A DNA stretch of 64,000 bases from Longimicrobiales bacterium. Lineage in GTDB: Bacteria; Gemmatimonadota; Gemmatimonadetes; Longimicrobiales; Gaopeijiaceae. A program made the translations under genes and the position numbers. Below are positions 9,801 through 18,415 of the stretch, piece by piece. The notes under the pieces were generated by a model. It was not told the origin of the DNA. It worked only from the letters and a program-made list of their open reading frames with translations, and did no database searches. Numbering within the stretch: the stretch's first letter is position 1; every line of letters begins with the position of its first letter. Location: positions 128,001 to 192,000 of the forward strand of contig CAXXKM010000002.1 of assembly GCA_963664435.2 (NCBI GenBank), written 5' to 3'.

Positions 9801-10006
9801 CGCAATGGGATGGCCTGCTGCACTCTACGCGAGCGGAATGGACGGTCATCCGCCCGCGCCCCGGCGACGATCCGTCCGCGCTCCGCCTTCCGGTCGAGGG
9901 CGTCCTGCGCGTCAAGCCGGGCACCGAGCCGCAAGACGATGAAACCAGTCCGGTGAGGCGCGCGGTGACAGGCGGGACAATCTCCTCGTCCTCGGGCATT
10001 CGCTAG
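6815..10006 (+). CDS. Large surface lipoprotein: about 5 Ig/cadherin-like repeats plus 3 CARDB-like repeats (true start uncertain)
   Basis: Lipobox VVAC near 7075-7084; NRPP...FSDPDGDDLSY repeats; PDLEF...N.GDA.APATTIR...D.VSGESDT.NNC repeats. Confidence 0.82.
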   Translation: MRRSDPGRGRSRATRCEAHRVLVDCSGYRFGGVAPPPDHQASFATTGPQHDPRFSYPPPPETYVAAVLRRRPARFALRTAILLALWVVACENPLGPDPCGPIPEVTVHVGETSHVTPCFNDPNGDMLVYAAASSNPSVASASVSGTSVTVTGVAPGSASVTLTARDPGGLQGQQSFTVTVPNRAPQPRGTPPGVTERVGAIATVDMAEYFTDPDGEALTYTASPSDPEVAGVSVAGSVVTVTALAKGSATVTVTARDPGGLSATQSFPFAVPNRPPVAVGTLQPQTIEVGQSVTLDVVASFSDPDGDDLSYTAASSAPSVARTSVAGSVVTITAEGKGTATVTITASDDEPASAIQQVSVTVSNRPPVAVGTLQPQMIEVGQSATLDVSASFSDPDGDDLSYTAASSVPSVARTSVAGSVVTIIAEGPGAATVTITASDDEPATATQQVSVTVPQPNRPPRPEGTVPDQSIEAGRRATVNAGRYFSDPDGDALTYSASSSNGTVAGVSVSDSTVTITAASPGTATITVTAQDPEGLSAAQDIRVDVESAGAPDLEFTGVTPTSVTGSPGGSVQAAFTLRNAGDATAPATTIRLYESSDPSISTSDTEIASDRTSGLPAGQSRTITGTVNLSSQASGTFYFGICADAVSGESDTGNNCSTGVRVTVTGSGAPDLEFTNVTPTSVTGSVGGSVQADFTIRNTGDAPAPATTIRLYQSGNSTISTTDDEIGRTAFAGLAAGQSRTITGTVANLTAGSFYFGICIDAVSGESDTANNCSRGVRVTVGGSGGPDLVVSLSRSSVTVSRGSSFSYELTVRNQGDEAAAATLVRTLISADATISTNDTDVGAAAVPSLNPSEEVSGEALIEIDAGAPLGTVYVGECVDAVSGESDTSNNCSSAIRVTIRTNGGGSDTTYTTGQTIETLPTGFWTPDTSGGGISFRYSSGVATVEFTGTSSYIVEGNIRYSCLTSTGCEIVNRRVTQGSIRASRQSSGSLTVEPQWDGLLHSTRAEWTVIRPRPGDDPSALRLPVEGVLRVKPGTEPQDDETSPVRRAVTGGTISSSSGIR
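6982..6994 (+). repeat. C13 homopolymer in the 5' region of the large Ig-repeat gene
   Basis: Thirteen consecutive C counted at 6982-6994. Confidence 0.95.
7631..8176 (+). repeat. Recent intragenic tandem duplication, 273-bp (91-aa) unit x2
   Basis: AACCGGCCGCC..GTGGGAACGCTTCAGCCGCAAA at 7631 and 7904, with near-identical DNA downstream. Confidence 0.85.
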
Positions 10007-10036
10007 AGCAGAACCCCCTGAAATGAAAGGCAAACG

Positions 10037-10675
10037 ATGAAGAAACGCATCCCCATCCTGCTGGCTCTTGCCGGCCTCATTCTGATCGCCGCTCCCCTGA
10101 CGGCCCAGAAGACCCTCGGTCTGCGGGGCGGAGCCGGCTTCGCCTCCGTTTCCGTCGAGGAAGTGGGTCTCGATTCCGGATCCCGCAGCGGCATCGTCGT
10201 GAGCGCGGACCTGACCATTCCCGGACCCGGACTGTTCGACATCAGGGTCGGCGGCGCCTACGTGCAGAAAGGCGGAGGGTTCGGTGCCGATGAGCTCGAA
10301 GGATTGAGCGTCGGGCTCAACATCGACTACGCCCAGTTCTCGGGGTTGGCGCGCATCGGCACACACGCCGAGGGCGGACTGTTCGTGGGCGTGATGGCCG
10401 GTCCATGGATCGCGTTGCGGCTCTCCTGCAATCTGGAGGCTTCCGCTCCGGGGGAGGGCGTCAACATCAGTTCGAGTTGCTCCGACGCAGAGCTTGAGAC
10501 CAAGGCCCTGGACTACGGGATCGCCCTGGGCGCGGGCGCGGACTTCCCCATGGCCGGGATGCGCTTGGGCGTTGACGTGCTCTACTCGCTCGGCCTTGCG
10601 CCGGTGGCCGAGGACGACGACGCCATGACGCGGCACTTGGCCATCCAAGCGGGGATCAACATCCCGATCGGGTAG
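10037..10675 (+). CDS. Outer-membrane beta-barrel (porin/PorT-like) protein
   Basis: Signal peptide; GLRGGAGFA, YVQKG, DYGIALGAG, DVLYSLGL pattern. Confidence 0.75.
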   Translation: MKKRIPILLALAGLILIAAPLTAQKTLGLRGGAGFASVSVEEVGLDSGSRSGIVVSADLTIPGPGLFDIRVGGAYVQKGGGFGADELEGLSVGLNIDYAQFSGLARIGTHAEGGLFVGVMAGPWIALRLSCNLEASAPGEGVNISSSCSDAELETKALDYGIALGAGADFPMAGMRLGVDVLYSLGLAPVAEDDDAMTRHLAIQAGINIPIG

Positions 10676-10786
10676 TGGGCTGCGGCAGGCCCCGACACGG
10701 GGCAAAACGCACATGTTGAGTTGTCGGGCGGGCCGAATCGCCGGGACGAAGTGTTCCAACTGCCCGACAGCGCAAGGAAGCATTTC

Positions 10787-11596
10787 ATGATGATGTCGAT
10801 GATCAAAGCCGCCCGTGGACCGGCCAGCGTTCTGGTGCTGCTCGCACTGGCGGCCTCGCTGAGCGGTTGTTCCACACTCTTCATTCAGGAACCGCCTCGA
10901 ACGGGAATCGCCGCGCCCGGTTTGGCTGCGAGCGCGCCCCAATGCACGACGACTTCGATCTTGCCCGGAGCCTATCTTGCGGGTGCCACATTGCTGGGCA
11001 TCGTCGGCGTGACGGGCCTTGCCGTTGCTGCGGCGGGTGGATTGGAACCGGGAGGGGAGGGGGTGACAGCGGCGCTCACCGGTGCGGGCATGGGACTTGC
11101 CGGAGGGGTTGCCGGCTACAATCAAGCCAAAACCGGGCTTGAACGCATCAACGAATGCCGCGCGCTGCACCGGCGGTGGCAGAGCCAGCGCCTGAAAGAA
11201 CTGAGCCCCGGAGCGGCGCCGTCTCCGACAATTCCGGCGGATGGGGCCTGGTGCAGGGACTTGAGATTTCGGGATGTGCTCCCTCTCGCAGGGGACGTCT
11301 TAGGTGGGTCAGTGTGGCTGTTGGGCGGCCTTGCGGGGAGTGTGGGGGACGCGGAACGGACTTCCGGGGAAAAGGTGGGCGTCGCTGCAATCTCGGTCGC
11401 AGTCGGAGGCGCCTTTCTTTACTCGGGACGGATCGGCCGCAAGCGCTTGGAGCGAGGGTGTATGCCCACACTCCGCGATCCCTACAAGAGCGGCATCCGG
11501 AGCGTCGCGCCGGATTCCCTTCTGCCGTTGCGGGTAACTCCTGACACGCTCGTGGCTCCCGACCCGGGAGCCAGACAGAAGGGATCGGTCGGCTGA
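10787..11596 (+). CDS. Hypothetical membrane lipoprotein
   Basis: Lipobox LSGC; two hydrophobic glycine-rich hairpins, each ending in a Cys. Confidence 0.6.
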   Translation: MMMSMIKAARGPASVLVLLALAASLSGCSTLFIQEPPRTGIAAPGLAASAPQCTTTSILPGAYLAGATLLGIVGVTGLAVAAAGGLEPGGEGVTAALTGAGMGLAGGVAGYNQAKTGLERINECRALHRRWQSQRLKELSPGAAPSPTIPADGAWCRDLRFRDVLPLAGDVLGGSVWLLGGLAGSVGDAERTSGEKVGVAAISVAVGGAFLYSGRIGRKRLERGCMPTLRDPYKSGIRSVAPDSLLPLRVTPDTLVAPDPGARQKGSVG

Positions 11597-11871
11597 GTGG
11601 TTGCGGGGCCGCCGCCGGCCCCCATCTCCAGGCCAGTCTGGCTCCGAGAACGGTCAGGCTGCCTTCGCGCGTTCCGAAGCGCTGGCCTCACTCCCGATGG
11701 GTTTGATGCAGTCCTTGGAAGGCTGTGAGCGTCGGACCTACGACCCGGACACCAACAAGTGCAGTCTGACAGTTCGATACTTGAAGATTCGAGACGACAG
11801 GAAGACGCGGATCACGTTCTGGACGAGGGCCAGCGGCTTCTGCTACTTCCAAGGCACGGTGACCACGTAGC

Positions 11872-12786
11872 TCACGCGGGGTTGCCCGGTGCGGCCGCGT
11901 AGCGGAAGCCCGTCACCTCTTCGGTGACCCTCCAGAGGCGGCGCGCCAAGTCGTCGCTGCGGGCCGGTCCGCGGACGGGGATGCGGCGGGCCGGTCCCCT
12001 CAGCCCGAACCGGGGTCCGAAGAAGTCCAGCTTCCCGGCCGACGGATCGGTGGCGGCGCGCAGTTGTGGACGCACGCCGACATCGACCGGGGCGGCCAAC
12101 AGGCGGGCGAGCCGTCCGCCGATTCCGACCGACTGCTGGCGCTCGGTCCCGGTCAGGCCCGGATGGGCCGCGAGCGACAGGGCCGCCGCGCCCGCGGCGT
12201 CTAACCGTCCCTGAAGCTCCCGCGCGAACAACAGGTTGGCCAGCTTGCTGTCGCCGTACGCCTTGCCGCGGCTGTACGGACGCCCGCGCCAGTCCAGATC
12301 GCCGAAGTCGATGACGCCGGCCCGGTACGCGCCGCTGGTCACCGTGACCACGCGCGCGCCCGGCGTTGCCACCAGCAGCCCGAACAGATGTCCCGTGAGC
12401 AGGAAGTGGCCGTAGTGGTTCGTGGCCATGTGCATCTCGTGGCCGAGCGGCGTCCGTTGCAGTTCGGCGAGATTCACCACGCCCGCGTTGTTCAGCAGGA
12501 TGTCGAGGCGACCCGTTCGGGCGGCGACGCGTCCGGCAAAGCGCTCGATGCCCACCGGATCGGTGAGGTCCAGCGCGAAGCCCTCGACCCTCGCGCCCGG
12601 CAGGTCGGACAGAACCGCTCCGACGGCCGCCTGCCCCTTGGCCGCGCTGCGGCTGGACAGGAAGACCCGCGCGCCCCTGCGGGCCAACTCGCGAACGGAT
12701 CTGAAGCCGAGCCCCGTGTTGCCTCCGGTCACGACGGCCGTGCGGCCGCGAAGAGGCGGAATGTCTTCAAGTGTCCAGCCGGGCAT
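11872..12786 (-). CDS. Short-chain dehydrogenase/reductase (retinol-DH/WWOX-like)
   Basis: TGGNTGLG, NNAG, YGDSK, AHPG. Confidence 0.92.
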   Translation of the reverse strand: MPGWTLEDIPPLRGRTAVVTGGNTGLGFRSVRELARRGARVFLSSRSAAKGQAAVGAVLSDLPGARVEGFALDLTDPVGIERFAGRVAARTGRLDILLNNAGVVNLAELQRTPLGHEMHMATNHYGHFLLTGHLFGLLVATPGARVVTVTSGAYRAGVIDFGDLDWRGRPYSRGKAYGDSKLANLLFARELQGRLDAAGAAALSLAAHPGLTGTERQQSVGIGGRLARLLAAPVDVGVRPQLRAATDPSAGKLDFFGPRFGLRGPARRIPVRGPARSDDLARRLWRVTEEVTGFRYAAAPGNPA

Positions 12787-13194
12787 CGGGTTTCTCCGGG
12801 CAGGCAAGGCGTCGGGCCGCGTGTCGTCACTCGGGCCGCCGAACCTCGGCGGCCCGGGAATCTAGCGAAACCGCCCGGTTCGCTTCCACAAGCCTCTCCG
12901 TTCAGGGAGCCGGGCCGGGCGACGTCGCGATGATGCATCCCATCGGAGGGTCGGCGCATCGGTGTCCGCGTCCGGTGCTCCGCCCACCGCCGAATGATAG
13001 CGATCCACGCCGATCGCGGGCTGGCCGTCTTGGCCGTCGAGGTCGATCCGATTGCCGGTGAGGGAGACGGTCGGCAACGTCGGCTTCCGGGACCTTGGTC
13101 AGAGGCGGGGCGGGCGCGGGAGTCCCGCCATTCAAGTACGTTTTTCCCGCTTTGGCGGCACGGTCCAGCAAGGTCCAGTACAACGACAGGAAAC

Positions 13195-13245
13195 GCAGAT
13201 CGTGCAGTCCTGTATGTAGTTAGAAGATCTACTGCCGTGATCCGG
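13195..13245. repeat. Bipartite motif copy 2, candidate mobile-element end or recombination site
   Basis: GCAGATCGTGCAGTCC(13195-13210)-N22-TGCCGTGATCCGG(13233-13245). Confidence 0.75.
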
Positions 13246-13248
13246 ACC

Positions 13249-14052
13249 TCAGGTGCTCCGTGTGTCCAGCGCGCCCACCAGCGTCACCATGATGAAGGAC
13301 GGCAGGAGCGCCCAGAACTCCGGTCTGAAGCTGAGGTCGACGCCGGGATAGGCCCGTGGGGGCAACCCGATCCAGGCAGCTTCCGCAACCGCGGATGTGT
13401 CGTACAGGCCGAATCCCAGCCGGGCGGTCAGGCAGCCCGCGACGATGCCGATGGCCGGTGCCCACAGGCGCAGTGCCCCGGAGGCCCGAAGCGGGACGAG
13501 GATCATGACCAGCAGCGTCACCCCCGCGATGACCGGGCCCGCGGCGGGCGAAACATCCGGGGGCACCTCGCCCAGCTTGCGAACGATGAGGGGCGAGAGG
13601 GTGATCGGGATGAGGAGCAGCACGGTGCCGGCGACCATGGGCGTAAAGATTCGCCTGAGGAGCGCCATCCTCGCCGCCAGGACGAACTGAATCAGGGCGG
13701 ACGCGATGATCAGGGTCGCGAGCATGCCCGGTCCGCCCTGCTCGAGCGCCGTCACGCTCACGGCGAGGAAGGCGCTCGTGCTCCCCATCACGAGGATGTA
13801 GCCGGCGCCGATGCGGCCCACCTTGCGCGCCTGAATCGCCGTCGTCACCCCGCTGACCACCAGCGCCGCGCACACCGCCCACGACAGGTAGTCGTCGCCC
13901 ATGCCGGCGACGGTGATCATCACCGTGGGCGTCAGGATGACGCTCGCGATGCAGAGGATGGCGTACTGGATGCCCAGCCCGGCCGTGATCGGCAGGGGGG
14001 GACGCTCGTCGGGTTCGTAGCGGACGTCCTGCCGGTCGATCGCCGAACTCAC
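13249..14052 (-). pseudogene. NCS2 (xanthine/uracil permease)-family gene, 3'-truncated
   Basis: YEPDERPP, GIQY, SGVTTAIQ, RIFTPMVAGTV; only 267 aa, ending abruptly at VTLVGALDT-RST*; full NCS2 proteins exceed 400 aa. Confidence 0.75.
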
Positions 14053-14137
14053 TGGTCCCCTCCCGTGCTCTCGAGAAATGGACTACGGCCGCAGGTCAGC
14101 GACGCGGCGGTACTGTCTCCCCTTCAGCGGGTCGGGA

Positions 14138-15451
14138 TCATTTCGCCCCGGCCAGCTCTCCGCCGTCCCGCACGACCGCTCGGACGCCCCAGGCCACCGC
14201 CAGGTGTGCCGGCACCGCGACAACCAGGTAGTAACCGTTCACCTGGTCGATCCCCGGGACAACCTGCATCACGAGGCCCAGGACCGACACCCCGGCCGCC
14301 AGCAGCGCCGCGCGGACCGCGAGCCGGCGCCACCTGCCCGCAAACACTGCCGGAACCAGCGCGCCCGCGAGCACCAGCGACAGCGGGTTCGCCTGGAGGA
14401 AATTCTCGTTCCAGTGCATGAACTCGTGGCTGGTGAAGTGCGACACGATCATCACCAGGCCGGACAGTCCCGCCGCCAGGGACCAGATGCCGGCGGCCAG
14501 CAGGAAGGTCGGCTCCGCGACTCGCCGCAACGTGTGCCGGCCGGCGCGGCTCGTGCGCCCGCCCTTCCCCGAACGCGGCGAAAACGCCAGCGCCGCCGAG
14601 CCCGCCAGCAACCCGGCAAGCAGTATCCCGACCAGGGTGAACCGGATGAAGTGCGCGGGGGGGGCCACCAGTGGGCGGGGTCGGGAACTCTCGTCCAGCA
14701 CGACTTCGGACGCCACCAGGTCCGTCTCGCGCAGGAAGTCCCGCAGCATCATCGGGATAAACATCTCCTCCCAGGCGGTGCCCGGGCGATCACCGCGACC
14801 GCCCATGAAGAAGTCCAGCGACACGTAGATCAGTGGATTGCCGGCCGTGAGCCGCCGGGTGTGGAAGCGGTACGTCTCGCCGGGAGCCTCCGCGAACTGC
14901 TCCCGCAGGCTGCCGGCCACGATGGTGTCGAGGAGGTCGCGCACGCGCGTCGAACAATTGTCGAGGAAGTACTGGTAGCGGTAGTACGCGTTCTCCGGAC
15001 GCGCGTTGAAGCCGGCCATGTCGAGAAGCATCAGACGCTGAGCCGGGGTCAGATCGAGTGCCTGCTCCACCACGCCGCGATCCGTGGCCACATAGTGCGC
15101 GATCATGCCCTCGGAGGAGAGGCCGGCCATCCAGTACTGCCAGTCTCCCAGGAGGAAACGCCAGAAGAAGCCCTCCTGAGTGACGTCGAACATTCCCCAG
15201 TTGTACGCGACGTCCAGGCCCCGGGCCGGATCCTGGATGCGGATGGCGTTGTGGCCGAACATCTCGTAGACAACCGGCCCGGCCCCGATGGTGATGAGCG
15301 AGACGTGGAGTTCGGACCCGGGCTCGGGATCCGCGACCTCCTGGTCTTCGGGCGCAGGCTCCCGAATCCCGGCCATCGCCGACGCGGGCGGAGCGGTCCC
15401 CAGCGTGCCGACCGCCAGCCAGCCCACCAATACCAGGTCCCTTCCACGCAT
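14138..15451 (-). CDS. DUF4105/Lnb-like membrane protein (NlpC/P60-like His/Cys domain plus TM helices)
   Basis: FGHNAIRI, YNWGMFD, YRYQYFLDNCSTR, about 4 C-terminal TM segments. Confidence 0.82.
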   Translation of the reverse strand: MRGRDLVLVGWLAVGTLGTAPPASAMAGIREPAPEDQEVADPEPGSELHVSLITIGAGPVVYEMFGHNAIRIQDPARGLDVAYNWGMFDVTQEGFFWRFLLGDWQYWMAGLSSEGMIAHYVATDRGVVEQALDLTPAQRLMLLDMAGFNARPENAYYRYQYFLDNCSTRVRDLLDTIVAGSLREQFAEAPGETYRFHTRRLTAGNPLIYVSLDFFMGGRGDRPGTAWEEMFIPMMLRDFLRETDLVASEVVLDESSRPRPLVAPPAHFIRFTLVGILLAGLLAGSAALAFSPRSGKGGRTSRAGRHTLRRVAEPTFLLAAGIWSLAAGLSGLVMIVSHFTSHEFMHWNENFLQANPLSLVLAGALVPAVFAGRWRRLAVRAALLAAGVSVLGLVMQVVPGIDQVNGYYLVVAVPAHLAVAWGVRAVVRDGGELAGAK

Positions 15452-15776
15452 TTCGCTCGATTTCGGCACTGGCGACGATCTCGTTGGCGAGGACAGGGTT
15501 TCGCTTCTCCGTTGCGCGGTACACCATCTTCCGCCCGCTGCTCCCCGGGCGACAGGTCGGATCCGCACACGCAAGATGGTCCCGCGACCATGACGGCGGA
15601 AAGGCCGCGCCGAAACGCGACGAGCATGCGAGTTTCACCGGTGGAGGCAGCCCGCGCCGCCGAGCCGGTAGCCCCGAGCGCGTCCACGGCCTAGACTGCC
15701 GGAGGTACGATCGTCCGCCCCGCCCCCCGGCGGCCGGCGCGGCCCGCACGACCACCGAGAACCAGGGAGAACCCCG

Positions 15777-18407
15777 ATGCCCGCGGTCCCACTGCCCCAC
15801 CGCCGCCCCCGCCCCCACCGCACCAGCCCGACCGCGACGGTGATCCTCGGCGCCCTGCTCGCAGCCGTCGCGACCACGGCGTGCGATCCCGGCGGAGGCG
15901 CGCCCGCGGGAGAAGCCCCGCCCGCGAGACCCGACTTTGCGAACTCGCCGCGCCCCTACGCGGCGTCCTCGCACGGCGGCAACTACATGCAGAACTACTA
16001 CTTCCCGCCCGCCCCAAGCTCCACCCCGTGGTATCCCGCCTGGGCGCCCGACGGCGGGAGCATCGCGGTGGGGATGAGCGGCTCGATCTGGAGCGTCGAC
16101 CCGGCGACCGGGATCGCGACCGAGTTGGTGCGCTCGGAGGACTACCTCTCCTCGCCAAACTGGTCCCCCGACGGCCGCTGGCTGGTGTACACCGCCGACG
16201 CGGGCGGCGGCCCCATCCAGCTCGAAGTGCTGGACACCGGCACCGGGGAGATCCACCGCCTCACCGACGACGCCGAAATCTACGTCGATCCCCGCTTCTC
16301 CCCCGACGGCACGCGCCTGGCCTACGTCTCCACCCGCCCCAGCGGCTTCTTCAACATCTACATCCGCGAGATCGCGAACGGCGCGTGGGCCGGAGACGAG
16401 ATCGCGGTCAGCTACGACAACAGCTTTGGGCGCGACCGGCTCTATTTCGGGCCCTGGGACATGCACATCTCGCCCTCCTGGCTGCCCTCGGGCGAAGAGC
16501 TGCTCATCGTCTCGAACCGCGACGTACCCCTCGGCAGCGGCAACGTCTTCCGCATTCCGGCGCGGGAGAACGGCATCGACAGCCGTGTCGCGGTGCTGGA
16601 GGAGCAGAGCCTCTACCGGACCCAGCCTGACGTCTCCATCGACGGACGCCGCTTCGTCTATTCGTCCACGGCCGGGGCCGCCGACCAGTTCAACAACCTC
16701 TACGTCCAGCCCACGACCGGGGGCGAACCCTACAAGCTCACCTTCTTCGAGCACGACGCCTTCCATCCACGCTGGTCCCCGGACGGCGAGTGGATCGCCT
16801 TCATCAGCAACGAGGGGGGACTGCCACAGCTCGCGCTGCTCGAGACCTACGGCGGGGCGCTGCGCACCGTCGACATCGCGGAGCGCCGCTGGATGGAGGC
16901 GATGGGCACCCTCACGGTGACCACGCTGGGCACGGACGGCGAACCGGTCGGTTCACGCATTCACCTCACCGCCTCCGACGGCAAGCACTACACCCCGCCC
17001 GATGCCTATTCCCGCATCAGCCGGGAGCGCGACCACATCTTCCATCACACCGGAACGTTCGAGGTCGAGCTGCCCCCCGGCACGGCGCACATGACGGTCG
17101 TCCGCGGCTTCGAGCACGTGCCTCAGGAACTGGAGGTAGAGATCGTCGCGGGCGGAGAACACAGCATGAGCGTCCAGCTGGCGGAGATATCCGACCTGAG
17201 CGACCAGGGCTGGTACTCCGGGTCGACCCACGTGCACATGAACTACGCCGGAAACCTCCACAACACCCTCGAGAACCTCATGATGATGTCCGAGGCCGAG
17301 GATCAGGACGTGGTGGCCGAACAAGTCGCCAACAAGGACAACCGCATCCTCGACCACCAGTTCTTCGTGCCCGGCGGCGGCGCCCACCCCCTGTCCCGCC
17401 CCGACATGGTGCTGGTGGTGGGCCAGGAGTACCGCCCGCCTTTCTACGGCCACGTCTTCATGTTCGGCATGAGGGACCACCTCATCTCCCCGTACGTGAC
17501 CGGATACGAGCAGACCGCGATCGAGAGCCTGTATCCCTCCAACACCGACATGTTCAGGAAGGCCAAGGCGCAGGGCGCGACCACCGCCTACGTGCACTCC
17601 TTCTACAACGGCGACCCGCTGGAAGGGAACCTGGGAGGCGCCAAGGGCTTCATCGTGGACGCGGCTCTGGAAACCGCGGACGCCGTCGAGTGGTCCACCC
17701 CGCAGGACGGCTACCCGCCCGTCTACGCGGTCTGGAGCAATGATCTGCGTTCCTACGTGGTGGGCGGCGAGGACTCCATCTCCAACCTGCATGCCACGCC
17801 GCTGGTCGGCTCGATGCGCTCCTACATCCGCACGCCGGACGGCCAGCTGTCGATGGAGGGCTGGTTCGAGGGCATGCGCGCCGGCAACTCCTTCGTCTCC
17901 AGCGGTCCCCTCCTGGACGTCACCGTGGACGGACGCATCGCGGGCGAGGACCTGGAGATGGCCTCCGGCGGCGAGGTGACGGTGGCGATCCGCGCGTGGG
18001 GGGTCGTGCCCATGCGCACCGCGGTCATCGTGATGAACGGAGAGGTCGTCGAGGAGATTCCGTTCGAGGGCGACCGGCTGTCGCTCGATGTCGAGCGCAC
18101 GGTTTCGGTCGAGCGGAGCGGCTGGATCCACGTTCGCGTCCAGGGCGACCCCGGGGACCGCGCCCCGCTGGACACCTCCTATCCGCTCGCGCTCACCAAC
18201 CCGGTGTGGATCACCGTCGCGGGCGCGCCCATCCGCAGCCGGAGCGCGGCCGACTACGCCCTGCGCTGGATCGACAAGCTGCAGGCGATGGCGGAGGAGT
18301 GGCCCGGCTGGCGCTCGGACGCCGAGAAGGCGCACGTGTACGCCCAGTTCGACGAGGCGCGCGCCATCTACCGGGCCCGGGGGGAGGAGGCGGCGCCCGG
18401 AACCTGA
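15777..18407 (+). CDS. TolB-like (PD40) propeller fused to a CehA/McbA-type PHP metallohydrolase, lipoprotein
   Basis: Repeated P.WSPDG; GWYSGSTHVHMNY, GQEYR..YGH, YVH, terminal TNPVWI. Confidence 0.82.
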   Translation: MPAVPLPHRRPRPHRTSPTATVILGALLAAVATTACDPGGGAPAGEAPPARPDFANSPRPYAASSHGGNYMQNYYFPPAPSSTPWYPAWAPDGGSIAVGMSGSIWSVDPATGIATELVRSEDYLSSPNWSPDGRWLVYTADAGGGPIQLEVLDTGTGEIHRLTDDAEIYVDPRFSPDGTRLAYVSTRPSGFFNIYIREIANGAWAGDEIAVSYDNSFGRDRLYFGPWDMHISPSWLPSGEELLIVSNRDVPLGSGNVFRIPARENGIDSRVAVLEEQSLYRTQPDVSIDGRRFVYSSTAGAADQFNNLYVQPTTGGEPYKLTFFEHDAFHPRWSPDGEWIAFISNEGGLPQLALLETYGGALRTVDIAERRWMEAMGTLTVTTLGTDGEPVGSRIHLTASDGKHYTPPDAYSRISRERDHIFHHTGTFEVELPPGTAHMTVVRGFEHVPQELEVEIVAGGEHSMSVQLAEISDLSDQGWYSGSTHVHMNYAGNLHNTLENLMMMSEAEDQDVVAEQVANKDNRILDHQFFVPGGGAHPLSRPDMVLVVGQEYRPPFYGHVFMFGMRDHLISPYVTGYEQTAIESLYPSNTDMFRKAKAQGATTAYVHSFYNGDPLEGNLGGAKGFIVDAALETADAVEWSTPQDGYPPVYAVWSNDLRSYVVGGEDSISNLHATPLVGSMRSYIRTPDGQLSMEGWFEGMRAGNSFVSSGPLLDVTVDGRIAGEDLEMASGGEVTVAIRAWGVVPMRTAVIVMNGEVVEEIPFEGDRLSLDVERTVSVERSGWIHVRVQGDPGDRAPLDTSYPLALTNPVWITVAGAPIRSRSAADYALRWIDKLQAMAEEWPGWRSDAEKAHVYAQFDEARAIYRARGEEAAPGT

Positions 18408-18415
18408 GCGTCGCC

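Noticed and set aside
12902..13183. 93-aa minus-strand ORF beside the second island-end motif
   Set aside because: No recognisable domain and a low-complexity tail; cannot be supported as a gene.
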